Below are positions 1 through 10,748 of a stretch of 44,560 nt of DNA, in pieces (positions within the stretch are counted from its first letter, which is position 1; every line of letters starts with the position of its first letter). The notes below the pieces were generated by a model that was given only the letters and a program-made list of their open reading frames with translations, was not told the origin of the DNA and ran no database searches. The DNA is from Pseudomonadota bacterium (GTDB lineage Bacteria; Bdellovibrionota_C; UBA2361; OMII01), in assembly GCA_038134595.1 (NCBI GenBank), contig JAYPVM010000016.1, forward strand, positions 1 to 44,560, given 5' to 3'. Position numbers and translations under genes: made by a program.

Positions 1-242
1 CACCCTGCTAGAGTTTATCGCACAGATCGAGCAACGATTACACCCCCTTGCTCCTTGCAGGCAGCTCTTTCTAACCATCTAATGGCATTGAAAAGCTTGA
101 TTGCAAAAACTCCATGCAATGTAAGCGCAAAACACCCCCCACACCTACCCCAGCAATCACTCGTACATGCCTCAGCCGCCCATTTCAGCGAATAGCCAGG
201 TAGGAGCCTCCCTAGAAAAATGCTCATTTACCATAGCCGTCC

Positions 243-271
243 TTGCTAACCACCTGAAAACACGCTACAAC
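243..271 (+). promoter_or_regulatory. putative sigma70 promoter for MFS gene
   Basis: TTGCTA-17 nt-TACAAC, about 40 nt upstream of ATG 312. Confidence 0.4.
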
Positions 272-311
272 TGACGAGCAAGTCATTCAGCTACAGGTAC
301 GAAACCCAGCC

Positions 312-1496
312 ATGAAGCCCATTTCACCCCAAATCGCCGTATTCCTCATCGTCTTCTTAGACGTAATGGGCTTTGGACTCATTATTCCCTCTCAGCCTTT
401 TCTAGCAGAACACTTCGGTGCTACACCTGCGACCGTTACGCTTTTGGGCACAACCTACGCTCTCATGCAATTTTTGTTTGCTCCGATGTGGGGAGGCGCA
501 TCTGACAAGTACGGAAGAAGAGGTATCCTTTTATGCTCGATCTTTCTTACCATGATCGGTCACAGCCTTTTTGCTGCAGCAACATCTCTTGCCGCACTTT
601 TTCTCGCCAGGGGCCTAAGCGGTATCGGTGCCGCCAACATATCTACCGCTCAAGCGGTACTAGCTGACACCAACCCAACCAATGAACGAAGTCGTGCGAT
701 GGCTATTGTAGGCGTAGCGTTCGGACTCGGATTTGTTGTGGGACCTGCTTTAGGCGGCGCGCTGTTCTTAGTAGATACCAGAGCACCTGCCGCGATGGGA
801 GCCCTACTCGCTGCTGGAAACTTTTTACTTGTCTATCTGTGCCTACCAGAGACCCGCAAACCTGGTATTGCATCCTCCCACACCCGCATTAGGCACCGAG
901 ATTTGTTGTATATAGAACGTCCTATCCTGCCTCTTATATGCTCGACACTCCTCTTTGTAATTGCTTTCTCACTAATGGAGCAGAGCGTCGGTTTATACAT
1001 TGAATCAAAGTGGGTCGATATAGGCGATCAGAATCGCATGCACGATGCCACAAAATTAACGAGTGGATTTTTAGTAGTCGTTGGCATCACAGCAATCCTT
1101 GCACAAGGTTATTTTGTGCGAAAATGGCTCCGTACACACAAAGAGACCACTCTCATCTTTTGGGGGCTAGGACTTGTAGCCTTTAGTCTTATTCTTATCC
1201 CTGCACTTGGATATATTGGCAACTACACCTTGTTTCTACTATCAGGAGCAGGGCTGGCCTTTGGAAGCGGTATGTACAATCCATCCATGGCAGGCCTGAT
1301 TTCGATTAGCTCCGCCGAGGACAGGCAGGGACGCAGTCTTGCAGCAAATCAATCGGCAGCAGCACTTGGTAGGATTATTGGGCCAACAGTGGCGGGCACA
1401 CTTTTTACCCTAGACACCGCCTTGCCGTATTTAGCCGGAGTGGTACTTTTAATTGGGGCGGCAATATCACTTGCAAGGGGTGGAAGCCAAAATTAA
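312..1496 (+). CDS. MFS transporter, TetA/DHA1-like drug:H+ antiporter family
   Basis: 394 aa, about 12 hydrophobic segments; LDVMGFGLIIP in TM1; MFS motif A GGASDKYGRR; motif C GLGFVVGPALGG. Confidence 0.9.
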   Translation: MKPISPQIAVFLIVFLDVMGFGLIIPSQPFLAEHFGATPATVTLLGTTYALMQFLFAPMWGGASDKYGRRGILLCSIFLTMIGHSLFAAATSLAALFLARGLSGIGAANISTAQAVLADTNPTNERSRAMAIVGVAFGLGFVVGPALGGALFLVDTRAPAAMGALLAAGNFLLVYLCLPETRKPGIASSHTRIRHRDLLYIERPILPLICSTLLFVIAFSLMEQSVGLYIESKWVDIGDQNRMHDATKLTSGFLVVVGITAILAQGYFVRKWLRTHKETTLIFWGLGLVAFSLILIPALGYIGNYTLFLLSGAGLAFGSGMYNPSMAGLISISSAEDRQGRSLAANQSAAALGRIIGPTVAGTLFTLDTALPYLAGVVLLIGAAISLARGGSQN

Positions 1497-1725
1497 AAAC
1501 ATATCAAACAGACCAAACCCTATTCGAATGCCGAGAACGACCGTAGAGACATAGAGTTTGTGAAGAAGTCCCCGCAAATATTTGGAAATCACCAATCAGA
1601 ACTTGGAACACCAGTGACAATCAGCTGCAACAAACACAATGCACCTACACACCAGCATTCCATTCCAACTACATATTTACCCGACTGCGCAGATCCTCTA
1701 TGCTTATAGGGCTCATGGGGATTCA

Positions 1726-2502
1726 ATGTTAGAACTAGTAAGAACAACACTCACGTACTCAGATTTTTTGTATCAATCTGTCAAGCGAGACATCAACAAC
1801 AAGTACAGACGATCAGCGCTAGGATATGTTTGGAGTATGTTAAACCCTCTGCTGATGATGCTCATTCTTACCCTTGTCTTTTCGACCATGATGCAAAGGG
1901 ATGTAGAGCATTATCCAGTTTTTCTTTTTTCTGCGATGCTTCCCTGGACATTTTTTTCGACAACTCTCCAGGGTTCACTCCGGAGCATCTCAAGAAATGC
2001 TAAGATATTCGGACAGATCCCTGTACCCAAATACCTGTTTATATTGTCGCTTACCTTTTCAAACCTCTATAGCTTCGCAATTACTCTAGTGCCATTCATA
2101 GCTATCACGCTGCTCGTTGGACATCCGCTTTCATGGACACTGTTGCTTACGCCACTATGCCTTCTTCCCTTACTCGCCACCACCATAGGGGCGGCCCTAC
2201 TAGCCGCCACGCTTAATGTTTTCTTTGAGGACATCGAGCACCTGACCACGGTGCTCATCCGAGGGTTATATTTTCTATGTCCGATAATTTACCCGGCATC
2301 AATGCTCTCTGAGAAAACGAGGATAATACTGGAGTATAACCCCCTCTTCGCTCTAATCACGCTGTTTAGAGATGTGCTGTACTTCGGGAAACTCCCGTCA
2401 TCCTACTTGCTCGGAATAACGAGTCTAACATCCCTTGTAATACTCTCTCTCGGCTATTTGATATTTCAGCGCGCAGAGCGCAAGATGATTTATTTTGTGT
2501 AG
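1726..2502 (+). CDS. wzm: ABC-2 polysaccharide export permease (Wzm-like)
   Basis: RDINNKYRRSALGYVWSMLNPLLMM signature; PIIYP and YNPL motifs; start moved from 1639 to ATG 1726 (GGGG RBS upstream). Confidence 0.9.
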   Translation: MLELVRTTLTYSDFLYQSVKRDINNKYRRSALGYVWSMLNPLLMMLILTLVFSTMMQRDVEHYPVFLFSAMLPWTFFSTTLQGSLRSISRNAKIFGQIPVPKYLFILSLTFSNLYSFAITLVPFIAITLLVGHPLSWTLLLTPLCLLPLLATTIGAALLAATLNVFFEDIEHLTTVLIRGLYFLCPIIYPASMLSEKTRIILEYNPLFALITLFRDVLYFGKLPSSYLLGITSLTSLVILSLGYLIFQRAERKMIYFV

Positions 2503-2505
2503 AAT

Positions 2506-3291
2506 ATGAACGAAGAAGTCGCCGTCTCACTAGATAACGTCACAATACAATACCGCTCGTACAAAGAGCGGCCACATTCCCTTAAGGAATCGGTCATAAA
2601 ATTTATAAAAACTGGACAAATATTTAATCATGCTACGTTTAATGCCGTAGAAAACCTATCTTTGCGTATAAAGCGTGGCACATCTCTTGGCATCCTCGGT
2701 AGTAACGGAGCGGGAAAAAGCACTCTCCTAAAAGTAATTGCGGGAGTTCTGCCCCCCTCGTCTGGCACGATTACTATCAATGGCAAGCTCGACTGCCTAA
2801 TCCAATTAGGTGCTGGATTTGATTCGGAGCTAAACGCTGTCGAAAACATCTACCTTTACTCGGCATTACGGAAACGCTCCGTTAAAGAAATGAAACCTCG
2901 AGTGAGAGCTATCTTAGAATTTGCAGAGCTTACTGAATTCGCCACAACCCCCATCAAATACTACTCATCTGGAATGAGCGCTCGTCTCGGATTTGCAGTA
3001 GCTATGGACTGCAATCCTGATATCTTCGTCGTTGACGAGGTACTATCCGTCGGAGACTCACGGTTTCGAAAAAAATGCGAGAGAGCCTTTGCTGACATCC
3101 TATCAGGTGGAAAAACTATTGTCATGGTAAGCCACGACATGAATGCGCTGAAACGGATCTGCTCGGAAGCCGTACTACTCTCTGCGGGAACTGTCGCCTA
3201 CAGGGGGACTCCTGAAGATGCTATTAAGATCTACATGGATGATGGCTACAAAACCCGCTTGAGTAGCCTCAAAGCGGAAGCGAATCAGTAA
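2506..3291 (+). CDS. wzt: polysaccharide ABC exporter ATP-binding subunit (Wzt-like, no C-terminal CBM)
   Basis: Walker A GSNGAGKST; YSSGMSARLGF signature; Walker B VVDEVLSVGD; 3 nt after wzm. Confidence 0.92.
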   Translation: MNEEVAVSLDNVTIQYRSYKERPHSLKESVIKFIKTGQIFNHATFNAVENLSLRIKRGTSLGILGSNGAGKSTLLKVIAGVLPPSSGTITINGKLDCLIQLGAGFDSELNAVENIYLYSALRKRSVKEMKPRVRAILEFAELTEFATTPIKYYSSGMSARLGFAVAMDCNPDIFVVDEVLSVGDSRFRKKCERAFADILSGGKTIVMVSHDMNALKRICSEAVLLSAGTVAYRGTPEDAIKIYMDDGYKTRLSSLKAEANQ

Positions 3292-3396
3292 AAGACGAAT
3301 TGAGATGCGACTTTCTTTTTCTTCTTGTGCGAGATAGACTTTGATCGCATTAAATTCTTTACACCATCCGCACGAACAGCCCTAGGAGTCGTACAT

Positions 3397-5871
3397 ATGG
3401 CGCTTGAAAACCAGACACCCCCTACCACGATCGGTTCTGAACGTGCTTCGCATTCCACCCCGCAAGCCAACTGCAAAAATCAACCCCCTTCCTCCCCAAA
3501 GCCCCAGATACCAGAGCAAAAAACTCAAACGAAGCAAATACTAACAAGAAGGCTCCGTGAGTCGGCTTATTCTATATTGTACAAAATCAAAACGTCTCGT
3601 CTTTATCAGAAATTACGAGACAACAGAGCTCTTCATGAACTCTACATGAACCTCAAGACCAAGCTAAAAAAAGCCCGGAAATATGAGATCCCATTATCTG
3701 ACGATCAACTAAAAGCCAAGGTCGAAGCGTACCTACTCGCAAAGAAGAGTCGCGGAAGAGCAGAGGTTGTCGTCTACACCGCAGTGATTGATAATTACGA
3801 CAGCCTAAAAATCCCCCTCTCCCTCAATCCCGAGTGGGACTATGTATGCTTCACAGACCGCGCTGAGTTTTCCGGCAATCACCCATGGGAGGTTCGCCCG
3901 ATTCCTTTTATTGATGCCGACTCGACTCGGTGTGCTCGTTTCGTAAAGACACGCCCAGACATCTGCCTACCAGAGTACAAACAAAGTATCTGGATTGATG
4001 CAAACATCCTCATTCGAGATGATTTTCTAGAGAGTGCTTTCGACCAATTTAGCATGAGCTCTCACCTCGTTGCCGGAATCCCCCATTCACAACGAGATTG
4101 TACCTATGAGGAGTTTAAAGCGTGTAAGGAACTCATCAAAGACTCCGAAGAGGTTTTAAACGAGCAAGAGCGTTTTTATCGAAGCAATAATTTCAAGCCC
4201 CAATGCGGGATGATTGAAACAAATCTTTTTTTTAGAAAACACCTAGAATCGTCTGTTATTGAATTTCAAAAAACGTGGTGGAGGCTCCTTAATCGTTACT
4301 CACGGCGAGACCAACTGTCGATTGTACCTGCCCTGCAGTCAGCATCGCTTGAATGGATGGAGATAATGCCGCGTGGAATGTTTATTGCGAATCACCCCTC
4401 TTTTTACATCTTCTTTCACGGCGCAAAATGGTCAGCAGAAGCAATCCAGTATAAGGTGCCTGGCTTTTTACCCCGTGCTTTTTGCGCTTCAACCGAACCT
4501 TTTTGGAACAATCCAAAAACCCTTCCATTCACCAAAGAGACAGCCGAAGCACTCCCGAGAGAGCCTGTCGATATCGTCATATGCGTTCACAACGCACCAA
4601 AAGACGTCGATCGTTGTCTGCAATCAGTAGTGCGATGCGCCCAGCCGTTGGATACCATTATTGTTGTTGATGATGGATCGGATAAAGAAACTGCCACCAT
4701 CATCGACCGCTATGCACAAACATCTTCACAAATTAGAGTACTGAGGCATGACTCACCCATCGGCTATACCCGCTCAGCTAATTCAGGCTTACAAGCTTCA
4801 AAAGCAGAGCTTGTCATACTCCTTAATAGCGACACAATCGTCACCGAGAACTGGTCAGGGAAGCTTCTTCAAGTAGCACAACAAGCTCCCCACATCGGCA
4901 TTGTTGGACCCTTAAGCAACGCTGCATCATTTCAGTCAATTCCACGCATAAGAGATCCTAAAACAGGGAAATTAGCGACAAACGAGATTCCCAAAGGGAA
5001 GACTATCGAGGATATGAACGCTCTGTGTGAGCAGCACGGCTACACCTCCTCCTTTCCACTTGTGCCACTCGTAAATGGATTCTGCATAGGTATCAGTCGG
5101 AAGGTTATCGAGACGATTGGCTACTTTGACGAAGAGAGCTTTCCAATGGGATATGGCGAGGAAGATGATTACACTCAGCGTGCGCTTGATGCAGGATTCA
5201 TGCATGCGATCGCTACACACTGCTACGTGTATCACGCAAAATCAAAAAGCTTTGGATCCACCCGAAGAACGCAATTGGTCGAGCAGGGGCGAGAAAAACT
5301 TTGCAACAAACACGGGGAGCTAAGAATTCAAAGGGCAGTTTCAACTATGGCGAACCATCCGATTTTAGGAACGTTGCGTAGGGAAATTTGCCAAGCTCTC
5401 AGCATAATGGACATGCAGCGCCACAAGCGGTACTTGTCGCGATATCAGGGATTAGTAGAGGACAACGTACAATCGATATTGCTTTCTACGAAACAATCGT
5501 CCCCTCAAACCGACGAACCTGCTAAAGAGCAGAACAACCTACAAGCAGACAACATATTGGTGATAACAAGTCATTCAAATCTCTCCTCTGACGAAATAAG
5601 AGAGACGACACGCAGCAATCTAAAGAATCTAGTCGATAGCAATTCGCACGTCTCTGTGGGCACTATTGACAATGTCTTTCACTATAAGCCCCACAGAGTG
5701 TTGCTGTATGACCTCACAGCGTACTCTAAAAGTGACATCCGAGAGCTTATCTCTTTTTGCAAGTCACGGAACATACCTTTGTGCTGCACATCGGAAATGC
5801 TCACCTCCTCTAAATCACCAAAGAGCATCATCTCGTTGATTCGCAGGCATGTGGATTGCGTTTTAAATTAA
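3397..5871 (+). CDS. multidomain glycosyltransferase: DUF616 (TOD1/MUCI70-like) + GT2
   Basis: N half VVVYTAVIDNYD, YVCFTD, SIWIDAN, RDQLS; C half IVICVHN, VVDDGS, LLNSDT, GYFDE, GYGEEDDY; AGGAG RBS at 3384-3388 supports ATG 3397. Confidence 0.85.
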   Translation: MALENQTPPTTIGSERASHSTPQANCKNQPPSSPKPQIPEQKTQTKQILTRRLRESAYSILYKIKTSRLYQKLRDNRALHELYMNLKTKLKKARKYEIPLSDDQLKAKVEAYLLAKKSRGRAEVVVYTAVIDNYDSLKIPLSLNPEWDYVCFTDRAEFSGNHPWEVRPIPFIDADSTRCARFVKTRPDICLPEYKQSIWIDANILIRDDFLESAFDQFSMSSHLVAGIPHSQRDCTYEEFKACKELIKDSEEVLNEQERFYRSNNFKPQCGMIETNLFFRKHLESSVIEFQKTWWRLLNRYSRRDQLSIVPALQSASLEWMEIMPRGMFIANHPSFYIFFHGAKWSAEAIQYKVPGFLPRAFCASTEPFWNNPKTLPFTKETAEALPREPVDIVICVHNAPKDVDRCLQSVVRCAQPLDTIIVVDDGSDKETATIIDRYAQTSSQIRVLRHDSPIGYTRSANSGLQASKAELVILLNSDTIVTENWSGKLLQVAQQAPHIGIVGPLSNAASFQSIPRIRDPKTGKLATNEIPKGKTIEDMNALCEQHGYTSSFPLVPLVNGFCIGISRKVIETIGYFDEESFPMGYGEEDDYTQRALDAGFMHAIATHCYVYHAKSKSFGSTRRTQLVEQGREKLCNKHGELRIQRAVSTMANHPILGTLRREICQALSIMDMQRHKRYLSRYQGLVEDNVQSILLSTKQSSPQTDEPAKEQNNLQADNILVITSHSNLSSDEIRETTRSNLKNLVDSNSHVSVGTIDNVFHYKPHRVLLYDLTAYSKSDIRELISFCKSRNIPLCCTSEMLTSSKSPKSIISLIRRHVDCVLN

Positions 5872-6138
5872 CCTGGCATAAAGGGGGAGATGTAGAGTAA
5901 TTAGCCACCGCACTCAAACGGACGGATCTGGGTAATATTGCAACCTTTTGAAACCCCTGCAATGCTTTTCAAAAATGTAGGTGTATTAGGGCACTCTGAA
6001 GTTATAGCGGGCGCGGGTTAACGCCCATGCGAATTGATGACAGTAGCTATGCAATGAATAAAAGAGCCACAATCACAACAGGTGGGAATACGGATACTCC
6101 CACAATAATCCGCCAAAAATTTGCTTGGAAACCTGTCG

Positions 6139-7656
6139 TTAGGTATCAGACTTCTCTGTCCGCCGAACTGCATAGAAAAATTCAACAGTGTCTCTACGAC
6201 TGCGGCTAGTCCCCAAATATCGCCATACTATAGAAGAGTCTTTCGGCATTTTATCACCTTCTCGAACATAGATATCACCAGGTTCGAATTTAACGAAATC
6301 AATATCAAAAAATATAAAATTAGGCCTGAGACTTGGATTAAAGAATCGTCCCGCCCGCAAAACTTTCCAAGGCCCCACAATCTGGCCTACTGCAGAATTC
6401 TCTTGCTTAAGGCCTTTGATGACTCTTTGTAAATCAGTCATAGCAGTCACCCCATTTTTCATCGTAAATGTAAATTTGTTTGACCACTGCGCGATGCTCA
6501 AGCCAGAATAAATCACAACGGGCGCAAGAAGTAGTAGACATATGAAATCACGAGCCCCACTAAAAAACAGCCCGCTGACACGACGGAGAAACGCGGCCAT
6601 ACCGAACATGACAAGCAAACTCGATAATAAGGTTATTATAGTTATATAGCGGTGCTTTGTTCTTAGAAGAGGCACTAAAGGATCTAACTTAACTGGCGCA
6701 AGACTCATACCCAAAAAACCCAAAACTATCGCCAAGGAAAGTAAATGCACAACTCTATTCTTACTAAAGATCGACCAAACGAGGCTCAAGCCCGTCAAAA
6801 CAAGATAGGTAGGGTAAAACGCAACATTCCACACTGGATTGCTGGTATAGAAGTTTCCTTTCCACAGTAGATGAATGAAACGAGTCAACATCTGCGACCA
6901 AGAATAATTCATGGGAACTCTCCCTTGATCTATCCATAGTTCACGCGCTCCGTGAACATGTCCGCCCAAAATTACATTGATTCGATAGAAAGGATCGCCA
7001 AAGACTATCAGGTAAGCGGTCGCCTCAATAATTAGAATCCCTACCGTGAAAGCACTTAAGTAGAGCAAACACTTTCGCACCTGCTTTTCACGCCAATGGA
7101 TTATCAGGTAGACGGGTACTGCCACGCATAGAAATGCAGTGGTTTCTTTTGTCCACACTGCACAGAAAAAACAGCCAGCTGCGGCCAGAACATTCAGCAA
7201 ACGAGTCTTTTCTGAGACCTCCTCGCGAAGCCCTAAAACAACAAAAAAAAGTCCGAAAACAAACCAAAAAATCGCAGCTATCTCAGGCAGAACCAACGTT
7301 GATATGCCCAATAATCCTGGCTCCACGATGGTAATCAGCGCTAACACAAGGGCAATTACGGGTGGATTCGAGAGAGAAAGGAGAGCGTAGCAAGACAATC
7401 CGAGCGTAAGAAAGGCTGCCAGGGCGGTTGCATAATAGGCCGTTGCGGTATACCCGAATATAGCCAAGAAAAGCTTTATGAAAAGAATGAAACCTACTCG
7501 TTGTCCATTACTGTCAACGTACTCAGGCTGATTACCAGCTGCATATTCAAAGTAGCTACAATCATCACTCATCAGAGGCTCTTGCAATACCTCTCGGAAT
7601 AAGAGAGTAGACAAAACTACTAAAACTAGTATGCATAGAACGTGCCGGAGTTTCAT
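6139..7656 (-). CDS. multi-pass membrane glycosyltransferase, GT-C fold (PMT/ArnT-like)
   Basis: many TM helices; acidic SDD..YFEYA loop after TM1; WTKET and RYITII motifs; soluble C-terminal tail; ORF track start 7752, ATG 7656 preferred. Confidence 0.65.
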   Translation of the reverse strand: MKLRHVLCILVLVVLSTLLFREVLQEPLMSDDCSYFEYAAGNQPEYVDSNGQRVGFILFIKLFLAIFGYTATAYYATALAAFLTLGLSCYALLSLSNPPVIALVLALITIVEPGLLGISTLVLPEIAAIFWFVFGLFFVVLGLREEVSEKTRLLNVLAAAGCFFCAVWTKETTAFLCVAVPVYLIIHWREKQVRKCLLYLSAFTVGILIIEATAYLIVFGDPFYRINVILGGHVHGARELWIDQGRVPMNYSWSQMLTRFIHLLWKGNFYTSNPVWNVAFYPTYLVLTGLSLVWSIFSKNRVVHLLSLAIVLGFLGMSLAPVKLDPLVPLLRTKHRYITIITLLSSLLVMFGMAAFLRRVSGLFFSGARDFICLLLLAPVVIYSGLSIAQWSNKFTFTMKNGVTAMTDLQRVIKGLKQENSAVGQIVGPWKVLRAGRFFNPSLRPNFIFFDIDFVKFEPGDIYVREGDKMPKDSSIVWRYLGTSRSRRDTVEFFYAVRRTEKSDT

Positions 7657-8051
7657 GGACTTGAATATTGAATAAGGGGCCTGCTGCTCAACGAGAGGAA
7701 AAATCCCATCATCAAGGCGATCGCTATTGAGGTCTTTATTTATTAGGTTCAATTGGTACTTCTTGCTGATAGGCTAGTCTTTCAAACGCTTAGCGCAAAA
7801 TCAAGTTCCCACTTAAAATATCACGTGTCAAGGCATGATAACCTTTCAACATCACCTGGAATCGTGTTTGACTTGTGAGAGTATGACACAACCATCCTGC
7901 TACGTATCCCGTCGGGAAAGCACCCGTGATAAGAGCGCACCTAGCCCGTGCATGAACGGATATTAAAACTAGAGATGCTCAGAGCCCAAGCGAAATTCAG
8001 AGTTTCTGCTCGCCTGACAACCTAGCTCAGAAACCTCGCCGAGACATAGGA

Positions 8052-9224
8052 CTAGGATAAATCGCACGGTGCCTCAGCAGCCGCAAGATATTCCTTTCCG
8101 ATCTTGGCCCAGGTGAACTCCTTCAACACTCGGTCCCTCGCCGATCTTCCCAATCTCATTCTATCCTCGGGGGGCAGTGCCAAAGCTCGTTCGATAACCT
8201 TTATCATGTCAGAAGCGGAACACCCATCAAAATAAAAATCGTGGTTCCCCAGAACTTCCTTATTGCCAGGAATTGGTGAGGCCAAAATGATTAATTCAGC
8301 AAGTTGAGCCTCCAGCAGATTCATTGGAAAATTTTCATTCAATCCAGGAAATACGAAAAAAGAACACCTGCGATATAACTTTTGCCATGCAGAGGAGCCA
8401 TGGACTAACCAACCATGAAAGTAGAAAGTGTGTTGAGGGACCCTGCTACTTAAATCTTCCAACTCTCGCCTTGAAGGACCATCACCAACTATATGAATAA
8501 CAACTGGCTGCTCTATATGACGTAAAGCCTCTATAAATTCGTGATAATTCTTCCTTCGAACTAGACGAGATACTATTAGAAAACTATTATCCCGTATCTC
8601 ATCAACATCCCTGAACAATTGAGGATTCACCCCATTTGGAATTACTCTCACTCCCTGTCCGAGACGATTTTGCCGGATCAAGTTAGCCTGATAATGAGAT
8701 GGGGCCGTTACGGTATCTACACGTTTAATTAAAAAATGCCAAATTGGTTTCACGAACGCGTGGATAATTTGGTAACGATCTGTATTGTATCCGGGGACAT
8801 CGGAGCCGTGAGAGGTCACCATAGTAGGACATTTGCGATTAAGGCTCTTTGCAAATAGAGCCAGTATGCCCTCTGGGACTATCGAGTGCGCATGAATAAA
8901 AGCGACTTTCCTCGTTTTCATTATTGAATATATCAAGCCAAGTGCAGCCAGGACAAATCTCAACATCTCCCACACATAGCTACTGTCCTGATGTCTTCTT
9001 CCACATCGAACTCTCCAAACTTCGATAGATGGTTCAATGACTTCGTGCGTCTTCATTTGTCCGAAATGCATAGTTACGTAGCAAACCTTATACCCGCTAC
9101 GGACATACTCACGTGACACGTCAAGAGCGACGGCACCCGCACCGCCGCCAATCGGCGGTAGCTCTCTACAAAGTACAAGTACTGTTTCGCAATGGCCAAC
9201 GGTTCCAAGAGAACAGGCGTTCAT
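8052..9224 (-). CDS. glycosyltransferase family 4
   Basis: PPIGGGAG, HAH, SHGSDV, IPNGV, SRLVRRKN, ENFPMNLLEA (EX7E). Confidence 0.9.
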   Translation of the reverse strand: MNACSLGTVGHCETVLVLCRELPPIGGGAGAVALDVSREYVRSGYKVCYVTMHFGQMKTHEVIEPSIEVWRVRCGRRHQDSSYVWEMLRFVLAALGLIYSIMKTRKVAFIHAHSIVPEGILALFAKSLNRKCPTMVTSHGSDVPGYNTDRYQIIHAFVKPIWHFLIKRVDTVTAPSHYQANLIRQNRLGQGVRVIPNGVNPQLFRDVDEIRDNSFLIVSRLVRRKNYHEFIEALRHIEQPVVIHIVGDGPSRRELEDLSSRVPQHTFYFHGWLVHGSSAWQKLYRRCSFFVFPGLNENFPMNLLEAQLAELIILASPIPGNKEVLGNHDFYFDGCSASDMIKVIERALALPPEDRMRLGRSARDRVLKEFTWAKIGKEYLAAAEAPCDLS

Positions 9225-9264
9225 AAAAATGCAATCCTTCTTAAAATAAGCCCTAACGAGGTAA

Positions 9265-10485
9265 TCAACTCATCGAACTCGTAATACTCTCGAGACTTTT
9301 CTCCAGTTGATTCTGGGCAAGCACACGTAATTCTTCACAACGCCGACGACACTGCTCCGCTATAGTATCGCGATGAGCCTGGATAGCAGCTAGTCGCTCC
9401 TGGATGACTTTCGCTCCACCGGGGGTAGACGCCTCGCCTATCGAAAGTATTAAATCACGCATTCCCATGTGATCATAATGTTCTATTCCCTTGTGTTCGT
9501 AAGCAATGTGTAGCGCTGGAACACCCGCAATATGTGCCATGATTGTCGAGTGCAGACGGACTCCTATCATTACATCAAGCATCGAAAAAATGGATAGCAA
9601 TTCAAATGCGGAGACATCTTCCTCTAGAAAGCTAACCACATAATTGCTAGGAAGCTTGGATTTAAGCTCTTCCAACAAAACAATATCGTCCTCCCACATC
9701 TCTGGATAACGACGATACATTGGGACCATCAATATTTGGGAATATGCACCGTTTGCCGAAATAGCTTGAGCCATTTCCGAAATTAAAGTTTGCATTCTTT
9801 CAGCACCACCTGGCGCTTGATTTTTGGAGCGAAATTCTGTTGGTAACCATCCACCTCTTTGGTGATACCAACGTCTTAAATTAACACCGAGTATTGGTCG
9901 AGAGATGTCGAATTTATGTTTTTGAAGGTATGTTCGCCCGAATTCGGATTGAGGTGGCTCTAGCAACAAGGCGCTATCAACTCCCAATGCCACCTCTGCT
10001 GCGGACATTGCGGCATCCTCTAACAGGATTTTTTGTGCTGTCGGCTCCCTTACTATTGCATAGTCAATTAGGCGAGAGATAAGTTTCAGACAAAACTTAC
10101 CAAAACGAGTCCTGATCGGTCCGGCACCTTGAAAAGCTAATACAAATCTCGATCCTCTCCTTTTCAGCAACAATATTCTAATAAACAGCAAAGCGATTTT
10201 TATCTTACTTCCAGAATCCTGAAGATCCACCCCTCCTCCCCAATACACGGGGGGCCTCTTCTTGAGGATCTCTCCCTCGAGTCGATTGGTTAGATATCCT
10301 CTCACTGGTGCCGGTGGTATAGGACAAACGTCATCGAAGTCCTTGAAATGCTCCGGATAAAACGAGCTCACATAAACTATACCTACCCGAGGTGACCGCC
10401 TCAATCCCGCCACGACCCCAGCTTGATTGGCAAAATCTCCTCGATTAGCTCGAACGAACCGAGCCAAAAAAACATCTGTTTTCAA
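9265..10485 (-). CDS. polysaccharide pyruvyltransferase family protein (CsaB/WcaK-like)
   Basis: NRGD, GGGVDLQD, QGAGP, VRE, DSA, GVRLHS, IAYEHK motifs; TTG start. Confidence 0.85.
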   Translation of the reverse strand: MKTDVFLARFVRANRGDFANQAGVVAGLRRSPRVGIVYVSSFYPEHFKDFDDVCPIPPAPVRGYLTNRLEGEILKKRPPVYWGGGVDLQDSGSKIKIALLFIRILLLKRRGSRFVLAFQGAGPIRTRFGKFCLKLISRLIDYAIVREPTAQKILLEDAAMSAAEVALGVDSALLLEPPQSEFGRTYLQKHKFDISRPILGVNLRRWYHQRGGWLPTEFRSKNQAPGGAERMQTLISEMAQAISANGAYSQILMVPMYRRYPEMWEDDIVLLEELKSKLPSNYVVSFLEEDVSAFELLSIFSMLDVMIGVRLHSTIMAHIAGVPALHIAYEHKGIEHYDHMGMRDLILSIGEASTPGGAKVIQERLAAIQAHRDTIAEQCRRRCEELRVLAQNQLEKSLESITSSMS

Positions 10486-10690
10486 TACATAAATCCTATA
10501 AGAGAGAAGTCTCTATTGTCCAACTAATTAGCATAAGCATATTGGAAAAAACTCATTGTATCAACTGTTTAAGCAAGCGACGCGTTCAAAAGTAATAATC
10601 CGTTATCGGTCGCATACTAATTGCAAACCAGGATTAGAATTGGTGTTTTTTAGGCCTCTTGCGCCCGTTCTGCTTGTCCATCGCCGGCGC

Positions 10691-10719
10691 TAGACAAAGA
10701 AAAAACGATTCGCTACTAT
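10691..10719 (+). promoter_or_regulatory. putative sigma70 promoter
   Basis: TAGACA-17 nt-TACTAT, 30 nt before ATG 10749. Confidence 0.55.
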
Positions 10720-10748
10720 CTAACATATTTTTACGCGGGGCTACTGAC

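Noticed and set aside
2..82. Open + strand frame at the window edge (TLLEFIAQIEQRLHPLAPCRQLFLTI*) and ORF 15..227 (-)
   Set aside because: Could be the tail of an upstream gene, but it is too short to identify; the minus ORF has no recognisable motif
6009..6026. GGGCG-8 nt-CGCCC hairpin between convergent genes
   Set aside because: Short stem with no U-tract on either strand; insufficient for a terminator call
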